Below are positions 53,346 to 64,000 of a stretch of DNA of 64,000 nucleotides, piece by piece (within the stretch, counting starts at the first letter, position 1; each line of letters begins with the position of its first letter). The stretch is taken from assembly GCA_044892525.1 (NCBI GenBank), contig CM097885.1, forward strand, positions 1,240,001-1,304,000, read 5' to 3'. This DNA comes from Schmidtea polychroa. Taxonomy: Eukaryota. The notes under the pieces are model-generated. The model was not told where the DNA came from. It worked only from the letters and a program-made list of their open reading frames with translations, and searched no databases. A program made the translations under genes and the position numbers.

Positions 53346-56006
53346 ATACAATAAAAGTTCTCAACACAAACACAGTAAGACAAGCCAATAAAAAGTGGTA
53401 ATAAGTAAAATATCATCACAAACTAATAAAAAGTGGTAAAAAATTAAAATGTCATCACGATACTCATAAATCAAAACAGGCCATCACAAGGCTTTAAAAA
53501 GTTCGTACGATAAATATAAAAAGGATCACAGCAGACGCCAACATACGATCATAATAAACAAGAGAAGATCACAATCTCCAAAAAAGAAGGCCTCAACACG
53601 GCTCATAGAAGCAAATTAAGTCATTACAAGGCTATCAGAGGGAAAAGGTCCAATGAACGCTATCATCAAATTTTTATCATTATGTGAAAGGATTCCAAAA
53701 TATTAAATGAAAACCAAGTTATTATAGTATAGATATATTATAGTACATTATAGTATAGATAAAGCATTCAATGTATAAATATATTCTAATTTACATATTA
53801 AATATTAGGGCAGTATTAAAACCTTATGGTGTAATATGGTACAGTATAAATACATTACAGAATAAGTATAGTAAATAATATTAGTTATCAATTAATGTGT
53901 TTAAAATGTGGTCCATATAGATATTGTAGCTCGCTGTGATCGCTGTTATAATGCATTTCCTAGCTAATATGTTAATTTCCCTATCAGTCAATCCTATATC
54001 TCTTAAGGGTTTATCATTGTTGATATCCCAGGTTCCTAAAGTTCCTACAACAAGTGCATATAGTGTAGTTTTATTTGCGGTGCCAGTTTCAATAGCCTAA
54101 TTTCTATATTTCTCAAAATTGTTATCTCTAGCGTTATTAAAATTTTCTATTGTGTCATATGGTACCTTAATGTCAAGTAGGTGTATTTTTTTGTTTCTAT
54201 TTGAGGTTATAATTAAGTCAGGTCTTAGTGTAGTTATTGTTCCTGGTGGTGCTCTTTCTGTGTCGACTTTAAAGTTTTTGGAAGTTAGATATTTATGCGT
54301 TATTTCTAATACTCTATTGTGCTTATTTCTCCTAGCATTTTGTGTTTTGGTGCAGTGGTTGAAAATATGTGCCTGCGTTTCCCAGTCTTTGCTGCATAAT
54401 CTGCAGAGTATGTTTTGGTTCTCTTTGTGCCTATTTATTGTATAATTAAGACTGAGCATGTTATTGCTTGCTTTAATTATGAAGTAATATTGATTGTCGG
54501 TAAGAACAGTTGATTTTATTGGGTATGCAGATAAGTTATTGTTTCCTATTGTTTTTGATATGTGTCCCTGGTTGATAATGTCATACCATTTTTCAGCATA
54601 CCATCTACTTGTTATATTATGTAATGTTGAGGATGTGTCTTCTATGTTATTCTTATCTATATAATTAATCTCGTTGTTGTATTTTATTTCTAGGTTAAAA
54701 AAGCCTTTAATAAGTATTATTTTGCATTGAATATTGAATTTTTCGCGGATTCTCTTACATGATTCCCTACAAGATTTACTATTTATGTCCCCCTTACAGT
54801 CTGCATTAAGCCAGTCGAGGGCATTATTAATGTTGATTTCCTTATTAAATGACCTGATTTTGACTATCTCTATAAGTTCACTTAATAGAAAATTTTTCAT
54901 CTTAATGTCGTCAGAGTTAAATATTCTAATAAATTGAGTGATACTTTGGATTAGGTATTCATCAATGGATGGTGTGATACCTAATCCTCCTAAAGAGCAG
55001 TTCGCATAAATAAAGTTATTATTAAGATTTTGGTGTATGTCCATTAGTTCATTTTTAATTATTCGTTTAATTTTTTGGTCATAGCCTAGTTGTTTTTCTC
55101 TATTTTGTACTATTTTATTCCTATTGCAGTCTAGTATCATATGATTGATTGTGCATGTTCGCAAAGGAAAAATAAATCGGGAGTGTATAAAAGTTTTATA
55201 TGCATGTAGTTTCTGTGCTGGATGTAGGTCAGAGGTAAAGATCATATTTGCGTCTTCTAGTGCCTTAGATAAAATGTCGTCAATGCTGTGTTTTCCTTTT
55301 TCACCAAAACCTACGCCTAGGTATCTATAAATTTTATCGCTATCTATAATCGGGATCTTTTCATCGTATATTGTTATTGGGATATCAGAATGATTTTTTT
55401 TGTAGTTGGAAATATCCGCATTGGTTTGGTCTGAATTTTAGCTTAGATCTATCGGTTAATTTGATTATATGTTCTAGTATCATCTTAATGTTATCCCTGG
55501 AGTCTGATATTAGAACAATATCATCCGCATACGCCAATATGCTGACATTATATTCACTAATTATTAAAGGGAATTTATTTAATATATCCTTAAGTATGAA
55601 ATCTATTGCCAGACAAAAAAGTGTCATGGACATTGGGCATCCTTGCTTAACTCCGTTATGTATTTCTATTTCGCTAGTGAGCTGCCCTTCACAGTCATAT
55701 TGTGTTTTACAGTTGTTATATAGGTCTTTAAATACGTTTAATGTGTTGTTGTTAATACCTAGATCTATCAATGTTTGCCAAATTAGTTTATGTGGGATGC
55801 TTCCAAAGGCGTCCGCTAAGTCAAGCCATATGATGTTAATATCTTTATTATTGCGAATTGCTCTTTCTTTTACTAGTGTGAGGGTTATATTATGTTCAGA
55901 ACAACCGTCAGGTATACCTATTGTTTTTTTGTTGATACTGATGAGGCCCCTTAATTTTACCCATTCAAGAAGTCTATTGTTTATTATAGCTGAAAAGATT
56001 CTATAG

Positions 56007-59000
56007 CAGTGATGTACAACACAGTCGCCACATGTGGCGAGTGGGCTATGTCCTTGTGGCGAATGTAGCATTTTTTTTATGTTTTATTTAATACTTCAAT
56101 TCTATCCATAATACAAAGTTGTAACCAAAACATAAACAAAGACAAATTTTTATTTTGTAATCTTACATGCTAAGAAATGCTCATGGCAGATCCCGGTGTG
56201 TCAAATTTACGTACACATAGTGTCATGGGATTGTTTATTAAGAACTAAAATTTCGTTTTTAATTAATTTAGGTGTTTTCAAATAAACTAAAGTAATTTAA
56301 ATGATTATTATTGTTATTTACCTGCATTGCCGTTGTTTACAATTGGGTTACAATGAAAAAAAAGGAGATAGCTCTACATTCTACAAAAAATATATTAATC
56401 TACCTCTTTCCTCTCATTATACTATGTAGCAACTCAGTCAGTAACCGTATACCTGTCGTATACCGAAAAACACTATGTTAGCGTTATGAATGTAATAAAT
56501 GTAGACAGCAATACTTTTCTGTAAATTTATATATAGACTGCTTTTTCCAACCAATGCACTATGTTCCAACTAACATTACGTACGTACACATAGTGAGACA
56601 GTAGGATGTTTTAAGTATCTGCACTCTCATTCATATTTATTATTGTTTAAGTTAATTCCTAATTTATTATAATTTTGTTACAAGTAGTAAACAGAAGAAA
56701 ACAAAAAAAAAATTTTTATGCCAAAATGTGCTTTTTATCTATTTGTGATTACACTTTATCTATTTGTGAAAACGCTTTTTTAAAATTTAAAAACAAATGA
56801 CATTTTCATCAAAGTAGGCGTTTTTTTGGTTTGTTTTCCCGTTGTATGAATTAGTCTCATGTTTGTTTTTGTTAAATAAACAACTAACGTGCGACTTTAA
56901 ATATTACATATTATTCTTTTGAAATTATATTAAAATTATTTCACCGTAAAAAATGGATAAATATTTAAAACGACATTCCGATACTGATAGTTCAGCTAGG
57001 CAAGAAGAAGCAACTGGTTCAACTCAATTAGAACCCAAAAAAAGAGATTGGAAAAAGGTTTGCCGCAAATTTAATGGTAAATGGGAACTAGAATTTGCTG
57101 TAATGGAACAAAACCAAAAAACTGTATGTATATTGTGTAACAAAACTTTTAATGACAATAAAGTGGACAGCATAAAAAAGCATTATCAACAAATGCATAG
57201 TGAATTTGATTGTAAGTTTCCTGTCGGCAAGCAAGTTAGAACGAATGAAATAACTCGCTTAAAGTCAAAATTAGAAGGACAGCAATCTTTTTTTAAACGG
57301 TTTTTAACTACATCCGAACTTATTACTTTGGCTAGCTACAAAACGGCTTGGATTTTAGCTCAAAAAAGAAAACCCTTTTCGGATGGAGAACTAATCAAAG
57401 AGATTGTCCTGTCTATTATGGAAATTTTACTTGAAAATTATGAAGAACCTTTGAAGAAAGATATAATGCAAAAAATAGAAAACATGCAATTGAGTCACCA
57501 AACTATTGCTCTTGGAATGCAAGACTTGATGAAAAACATCAATAAGCAATTGCTCCAACATTTGAAAAGTTGTATATGTTTTTCTTTAGCATTAGACGAG
57601 TCATGTGACATCCGAGACACTGCTCAGTTAATTTTTTGGATACGCCTGATTTCAAAAGACTTGGAAATATATGAAGAAATGTTGACAATCCGTGGAATGA
57701 AAGACCGTACTAGAGGCGTAGATATTTTTGAAATTTTCAAAAGTGTCGCTGAAGACTTTCAATTAGATATGACGAAATTAGTTTCTGTCACAACAGATGG
57801 TGCTCCAGCGATGCTTGGACTAAAATCTGGATTTGTCGGTATTTTGAAACAACAAACACACGTATGCTTGGTCGCTTCTTTCCACTGCATGATACATGTG
57901 GAAAATATATGTGCTCAATTATCTGGAACAGACATTTTGAAAAATATGATGGATTTAGTTGTTAAAGTTGTTAATTATATTCGTAGTAGTGCTACAAACC
58001 ATCGTCAGTTTCTGGAGCTTTTAAAGGAAATTGAGGGCACTGAATTTAAAGATCTGCTATATTTTACAAATGTTCGGTGGTTAAGTCGTGGTAAAGTTTT
58101 GGAACGATTTGTATCATTATTAAATCCCATCCGAAATTTCCTTCAAGAAAAAGAAATGCTTATCAATTTTTCTGAAATAGAAAATAAGGAATGGCAATGC
58201 GATTTAATTTTTCTCACTGATATAACGTTACATATTAATGAATTAAATTTAAAACTTCAAGGAAAAGGAAAGCTAATATGTGATTTGGCACAGTATATAC
58301 GAGAATTTGTCTCTAAATTAAAACTTTTTGTGACACAGTTAAAAGATTATGATTTCACGCATTTCGATAATATGGAAAAATATAAAGAAGATACCAATTT
58401 TAATATACAGCGTTATGTCGGATGGTTACAGAAACTACAAGAAAAATTTGAAGAACGTTTTATTGATGTTGAGAAATTTAGACCTGCTTTTCAACTGATG
58501 CAAGATCCTTTCCATTTTGACATCACCAATTCTGAGTTGTCTAAAGATATCGCGAATTTGCTAAGTTTGGACCGACGTGATTTTGAAGCAGATATGCTTT
58601 TACTTCAAAGTCAGATCAATTATTCTAGAAACGATGAATCTATTTTAATGATGTGGACACGCCTCTTAAAGTCAAATGAGTTTGTGGTTCTCAACTCAGC
58701 TATTGCGAAGCTATTGAGTATGTTTGGAACAACTTGGGTTTGCGAATCTACTTTTTCAGCTGTAACTTTCATAAAATCAAAATACCGATCCAATATTAGT
58801 GATGAAAATTTGGAGGCAGAATTTAAATGTGCAGTTAGAGTGAGGTTTACACCAGATTTCAAGGGTATTGTGCAAGAAAAAAATTGCCAAGCATCACATT
58901 AAATAATTTTTGTATTTTGTGTTTAATGTTATTAAAAAGACTTGTGTAATTCCTAAAATTGATTAAAATAAAAAACTATTATAAAACATTTTGTTTTAAA

Positions 59001-59076
59001 TTTATTTTAATGTGGCGAATGAAAATTTCTAAATTGACGATTGTGGCTACAATCAAATTTCTGTTGGACACCGCTG
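56007..59076 (+). mobile_element. Buster-type hAT transposon (3070 bp) inserted in the family A RT
   Basis: Imperfect 15-bp TIR CAGTGATGTACAACA / CAGCGGTGTCCAACA (12/15); 8-bp TSD TTCTATAG (55999-56006 and 59077-59084). Removing it rejoins the RT frame. Confidence 0.96.
56953..58902 (+). CDS. Intact hAT transposase, 649 aa
   Basis: Uninterrupted ORF with BED-like CILC...HYQQMH, ALDES, TTDGAPAM, CMIH, VRWLSRG and TTWVCESTFS. Confidence 0.96.
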   Translation: MDKYLKRHSDTDSSARQEEATGSTQLEPKKRDWKKVCRKFNGKWELEFAVMEQNQKTVCILCNKTFNDNKVDSIKKHYQQMHSEFDCKFPVGKQVRTNEITRLKSKLEGQQSFFKRFLTTSELITLASYKTAWILAQKRKPFSDGELIKEIVLSIMEILLENYEEPLKKDIMQKIENMQLSHQTIALGMQDLMKNINKQLLQHLKSCICFSLALDESCDIRDTAQLIFWIRLISKDLEIYEEMLTIRGMKDRTRGVDIFEIFKSVAEDFQLDMTKLVSVTTDGAPAMLGLKSGFVGILKQQTHVCLVASFHCMIHVENICAQLSGTDILKNMMDLVVKVVNYIRSSATNHRQFLELLKEIEGTEFKDLLYFTNVRWLSRGKVLERFVSLLNPIRNFLQEKEMLINFSEIENKEWQCDLIFLTDITLHINELNLKLQGKGKLICDLAQYIREFVSKLKLFVTQLKDYDFTHFDNMEKYKEDTNFNIQRYVGWLQKLQEKFEERFIDVEKFRPAFQLMQDPFHFDITNSELSKDIANLLSLDRRDFEADMLLLQSQINYSRNDESILMMWTRLLKSNEFVVLNSAIAKLLSMFGTTWVCESTFSAVTFIKSKYRSNISDENLEAEFKCAVRVRFTPDFKGIVQEKNCQASH

Positions 59077-62000
59077 TTCTATAGGATGTATCTAAGATAG
59101 CAAGAGGTCTCCATGAAGATATATCATAGCTTAATTTCTCTTTATGTGGTTTAATTATTAGTTTGGTTTTAAAAAATTTCCAATTATCTGGAGTTTTTAT
59201 GTTACGGATTAAGTTATTGAAAAGGGCGCATAAGAATGTGAGGTCAGGGTCATTTATTCGCAAGTCTCTAGGTTATTTTGTCGGTGCCTGGTGCTGAATT
59301 TAGGTTTAATTTCTTAATATTATTATTAATTTCATTGATTGTTATTATCTTATTAGTTATTTGTTCTATGTCATTGTTATTTTCAATAAGTGGTAAATCT
59401 TCAATAATAATTAAATTTTTTTTAAAATTGTTAGTAATTTTTTCGCTAGCTGGTGGTTGTACTTGGGTAACATTATTAAATATTTTATTAATAGTTATTT
59501 TAGGCTTTTCAATATAGTTATTTCTTATTTCATATACAAGATCAGCTTTTTTAATGTTTTTTCTTATATTAATAATAAAATTAGGTTTAGGGTATTTGTT
59601 TGGAAAAAGAGCATTATGTATCTTAGATATCTCATTTAATCCTAGTGTTGGGGTAATATCATTGTTATCTATTTGTATGGTGAGATTAGTGAGGAAATTT
59701 CTATATTTATTAATGTTGTCATCAGGTAGTCTGTCAATTAATATTTTACTAATAATTTCTCTTAATTGTGATCTTATTTGGTTTATCGTTGGTATGGTAA
59801 AAATTTCTCTATTGTTATTTAGACAGAGTGCAAAATGGCAAATATAGAAACTGGACTCTTGTATGCTGCAAGTTGGGTATTGTAGTTCAGTTATTGTTAT
59901 AGATGTTGGAGATATTATATTTTGTAAGTTTAGGATTGTACTTAATATGCTATCGGCAATTAATTTGTGTTTAAGAGTGCTGTGTCCACACGTCGGATCT
60001 ATCAGAGTAGCTATTTTTTTTATTTTGTTGAGGTAAAAAAGTGACCATGTGCTATCCTCAATTTTAATGGGAAAGAAAATTTCGTTCCATTCAGGGTATT
60101 GGTGGAAAGGGAATGTTTCAAAAAAGGTTTTAAATTTTTTTTAATAAGAGCAATGCCTATGAAGCTATCTATTATAATGGTTGTATATTTTTTGACAAAA
60201 ACAAGTAGGTACAGTTTAATTGTATGTTGATTTAGTCAATCTAAATTTAGGTCACAGTTTACTAGTGGTATGTCATCAGGAATTATATTGTTATCTTTCT
60301 CTACTGGTATGACACCTATGTGCTTATTGAAATGGTCTAGTTTGGTGTGTGTTTCTATTGTCATGCCGCGGTAACACGTAATTTGGTTGGTATTGCATAT
60401 TTTGGTTTTGTGCTTTGTTTTAATATGTTTGTCAATCTCATCTTGCGTTGATCTGATGGTAAGTTTGTTTATACATGGTTTTCTTAGTGTTTTATTGTTG
60501 CAGTTTATGGTACCTTCTTCATTTATTGTCAAGGTATGTTCTTTAAGCTTAATGTTATTCATTTCTCTAGATAAAGGTACCGCTAAGTCTTTATGGGTTT
60601 GGTTTATGTGTTCGTTAATAGTATTCAGTAAAAAGTTACATTTAATATTTGTATTTCGTTGTGAGCATAAAACGCAGTGGAAGGTGTCATACTTGTTTAT
60701 TTCAGTTGTGTGTACTTCTAGTCTATGTTTTAATTGGTCTTCTAATCTAGTTGCGCCTATCTTACCTTTACAGTTAGGGTAAAAACATGTTAGATAGCCA
60801 TCGCTTCTTAATTTAAAAATTGGTTCTCTTAGTGTGCGTAATGTTACTTTATTGGGCTTTAGAACTGGGGTGTTTATTTTTTCAGTTTCGTTTGTTTCTA
60901 GTATTGGTTGGAGATCAGTTTTATTTATAATGGGGGTAGCATTAGTACACGTAGTGTTGATGTCATCTTTTGGGGTGGGGATTATTATGTTATTATGTGT
61001 TATTGTGGTTGTTTTTCCTACTATATCTAGGTTATTTACGATTTTAAAAGCTTCGTATGTTTGCGTATTCATGTATGAGGGTTTAGTGTCATAGATATTA
61101 GTATTGTTACTTATTATGCTTATTTGCGTGTTTGTAAGTGTGTTTTCAAAAAGATCTATACTTGAGTCTATTTGTGCTTGAATATTTGTTTTATTAGAGC
61201 TAGGGTTGATTGTGTTCACAAGTGGGCTATATGAGATAGTTTCAGTCGTTGTTTGTAAAATAGGTTCAGAGGTTATAGAGGGTTCAGAGTCAGAGATTTG
61301 GATATCATCAATATCCGGCTCAGCAGTTTTAGTTGAGGATTCAGTTTTGTCATAAATTATTTCATTAGGTGGTATAGTAGGTTCCGCGTTGGAAGTAATT
61401 TGGTGATTTATGGCAGTATTCGGGTTATCATAATGGACAAGATCGTCAGGTACTATATCAGAATCAGAGTCGGATGGGTTATTGCAATCAAGATCTACGT
61501 TATGATTATGGTATGAATCAGGATTACCATTAAGGTCAAGATCAACATTAACTATTTCAGTATCGGACTCGTCGGTGTTATTGCTAATAGAAGGTAAGCC
61601 AGATAATTCATTAGAAAAGTTATAGCATATAAGGTCTTCATTCACATCATCATGATCATCTAAGTCAATTAGGTTAGTTGTTTGGTCATTTAGCGCAATG
61701 ATATTCCCTAGCTGGTTCAAGGGTCTTTTATTAATATGGTCATATGTCGATGGGATAGATTCAGAAAAATGTGGTCTTCTGGAAGTATTTACATTGTTTT
61801 TAGGTATGATTTTTTTGGAGATAGTTGGGTTGGGATTTGAGAGCTTAGTTTAAGGTTCGGTGTAGGATTATTGGTCGTAGTTGGTCTATTCTGATAGAGA
61901 AGGTGTGGAGCGTTATCTAAGTTGGTTTTGTTATGAAGTGCTTCGTATCTATTTTTTAGTTTCGGATTTGTTGTTACATTAAAAAAGGGTTTAGTAGTGC

Positions 62001-62414
62001 TCGGTTTATCTTTTGGTTTGGGGTTGTTATCAATATACACTTTTTATATATTGGTTTGTCATCATTTGATACTAAATTTGATATGGTGGATTGGTTAGTG
62101 CGAGCTAAAAACTTTTTTCTTGGTTTTGGTATTGGTTTTGTGGCGGGCGTCTTTTGGTGTGGGGATTCTATCGGCGTGGTTGTATTAGGGGGTTGTGGTA
62201 AATCGGTATTTGGTTGTGGCGTTATCGGTTTGTTTAACGGTTTGTTCCACTTTACTAACTGTGCCTTCACGGCTTCGTGCTAGGCCAGTGAGCTAATCCT
62301 CTCATCCCTGCATTCTTCAATTCTTTTAAACCAATCACGTTTCGCAAATAGTATCATCACCGACTGGGATGGTACACACAGCCCCCCCCCATTGTTTACT
62401 CTTAATAAATGATG

Positions 62415-62959
62415 AATATATGTCGTCAGCTGACATTACAGGGAACTCTTCCCCATCAGCACTTACCGTTTTCTTAGTGACCATCCATTTTTTCTGCTTA
62501 TTGTCCGATCGTGCTATAATGGAGGCACTCTTACTTGAATTTACACAAAGACCATTTGAGGCCAGTTCATTTAAAATTGTTGTTAGCAGTAGTTCTAAAC
62601 CCGCTTTGGTTTCACTTACTATAACTAAGTCATCGGCGTACGCCAAAATGGGATAGGTAATTCCTCTCAACTTGTAGCCAATAACAGTTTCATATACTTT
62701 CTGGATGGCGAGATCAATGATATTGTTGAACAGAGCGGGTGAAAGCGGGTTACCCTGTTACACTCCTTTGTTTAAAGTTCCCCCAATGCCATCGACAGTT
62801 GTTGTAGCATTACTATAGCTCTCTTTAACATACCTTTATAGCAATTCGGGATAACCCGCTTGTTTCGCTGCTCTCAAGATACTATCATGATTAATAGAAT
62901 CGAAGGCCTTTTTCATATCGACAAAGGCAATTGCAACATTCTTAAATTTAGTTCGCGCA
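62415..62959 (-). pseudogene. R2-like RT fragment beginning at the A-R codons
   Basis: ARTKFKNVAIAFVDMKKAFDSINH, GV*QGNPLSPALFN and LAYADDL; it breaks off just before the expected KYLG motif. Confidence 0.9.
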
Positions 62960-64000
62960 AGTAGGTAGTTAGGGGCCCGCGGGAGCAATGGGGGGGGGGG
63001 GGTAAAAATGTTGCAAACTTTTGATTGCATAATTTTTTCCGTAGACCTTTTTTGATTACATAATTGTTGCCGTACGCTCCAATGTATTTTTCAGACTATA
63101 GTGAGGGGGTCTCCTTGGTCCTCAGAATTTCAATAGAAAAGGTGGTTTACATTAAAAACGCATAGTATATTTTTAAAATAAAGCAAATTATGGGTCTAAA
63201 ATTTAAAAATAAAGTAAATGATGGGTCTAAAAAATTAAATTTAAGTAAATCAAGGTTCAGATTTTTTTTGAATTAAAGTAAATTATGGGCCTAAAAATTG
63301 AATTACAGTAAATTATGGGCTAAGATTTTTGAATTAAAGTTATCAATGGGCTCAAAAATCTAAATTAAGGTTCAAATTTTTATATTAAAGTAAATAATGG
63401 TTCTAAAAAATTAAAATAAAGTAAATCAAGTCCAAAATTTTAAATTAAAGTAATGAATGGGCACAAATAACTAAATTAAGGTTCTAAAAAATTAAATTAA
63501 AGTTAATTAAGGTCCAAATTTTAAAATTAAGTAATCAATGGTAAAAAATTAAAGTTAAATAAGTAAATTAAAGTAAGATTTTTAAATTTATTAACAATTG
63601 AAATTTTTTAATGAAAGTTTTTATGAAATAATTTTTTATGAATAATTTTTAATAGAAATTTTAATGAAATATTTTTCAATGGTAATTTTTACTGGAAATG
63701 TTTATGAAATAATAATAAAAATAATAATAATAATAAAAACAATAATAATAATATATCAACCAAATACTACACAACACATAAAAAATTAACTAAACACATA
63801 AAAATAACTAGACACATAACAAAACATATAAACATTAACTAGACACATAAAAAACATAAAAATTTACCAAACAAATAATAAATGTATATATATAAACTTT
63901 TATTTAATAAAATTAGTCCTCATCAGACAAAATAACGTCATCGATATCGATATCATCTTCTCAAAAATCTTCTCCAACATCTTCAATAAGTTCTTCCTCA
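62960..64000 (-). mobile_element. Terminus of a pPolB element (AGTAGGTAGTTAGGGGCCCGC...) and the last codons of pPolB; continues beyond the window
   Basis: Reverse complement of ~26570-27773, including the DDIDIDDVILSDED* tail (stop near 63913). Confidence 0.9.

Larger units (their letters stand above)
53880..62270 (-). mobile_element. Near full-length NeSL/Utopia-like RLE non-LTR retrotransposon, family A (decayed single ORF, interrupted by a hAT)
   Basis: N-terminal Cys/His fingers, Ulp1-like domain, SWRPLAILDTSY|RIFS, GCSEHN, WLDLADAFGSIPH, GVKQGCPMS, AYADD, YRYLG, CRLC..ETQAHIFNHC, RPDL..DIKVPYD..KY and LVVGTLGTW. Confidence 0.93.

Noticed and set aside
55371..56006. Plus-strand ORFs opposite RT or transposase genes (also 52519-52911, 54119-54445, 21586-21885)
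   Set aside because: Antisense shadows of real coding frames, with no recognisable motifs.
62330..62375. Hammerhead-like TGATGA...GAAAC on the - strand in the family A leader
   Set aside because: The core C of CUGANGA is missing and stem II does not pair; a covariance-model search would be needed.

Overview
Very AT-rich eukaryotic DNA made almost entirely of nested and rearranged mobile elements; the 28S fragment and short GT-AG introns suggest a metazoan. No ordinary host gene is evident. Contents: (1) many copies and fragments of a Polinton/Maverick-type protein-primed DNA polymerase B (pPolB) gene with AGTAG(T)-type termini; (2) a ~12.6 kb fold-back element at the window start; (3) the 3' end of a 28S rRNA gene plus short 28S-derived motifs; (4) three kinds of RLE-type non-LTR retrotransposon (R2-like, and two NeSL/Utopia-like families with a Ulp1-like domain); (5) two Buster-type hAT transposons with exact 8-bp TSDs, one with an intact 649-aa transposase. 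Main observations: AGTAG-type termini sit repeatedly at two positions, the D-A-R codons of R2-type reverse transcriptase (a 6-bp duplication CGCGCA restores a seamless RT frame, and a diverged RT is hit within 2 nt of the same codon) and the 28S site just 5' of the peptidyl-transferase GGGAUAAC. The pPolB gene has three frame-preserving introns and reconstructs to a ~7.6 kb element with no recognisable integrase or capsid gene. One NeSL-like family carries four 28S helix-68-derived motifs that stop short of the R2 cleavage site. All alignments were done by eye; coordinates of degenerate fragments are approximate.
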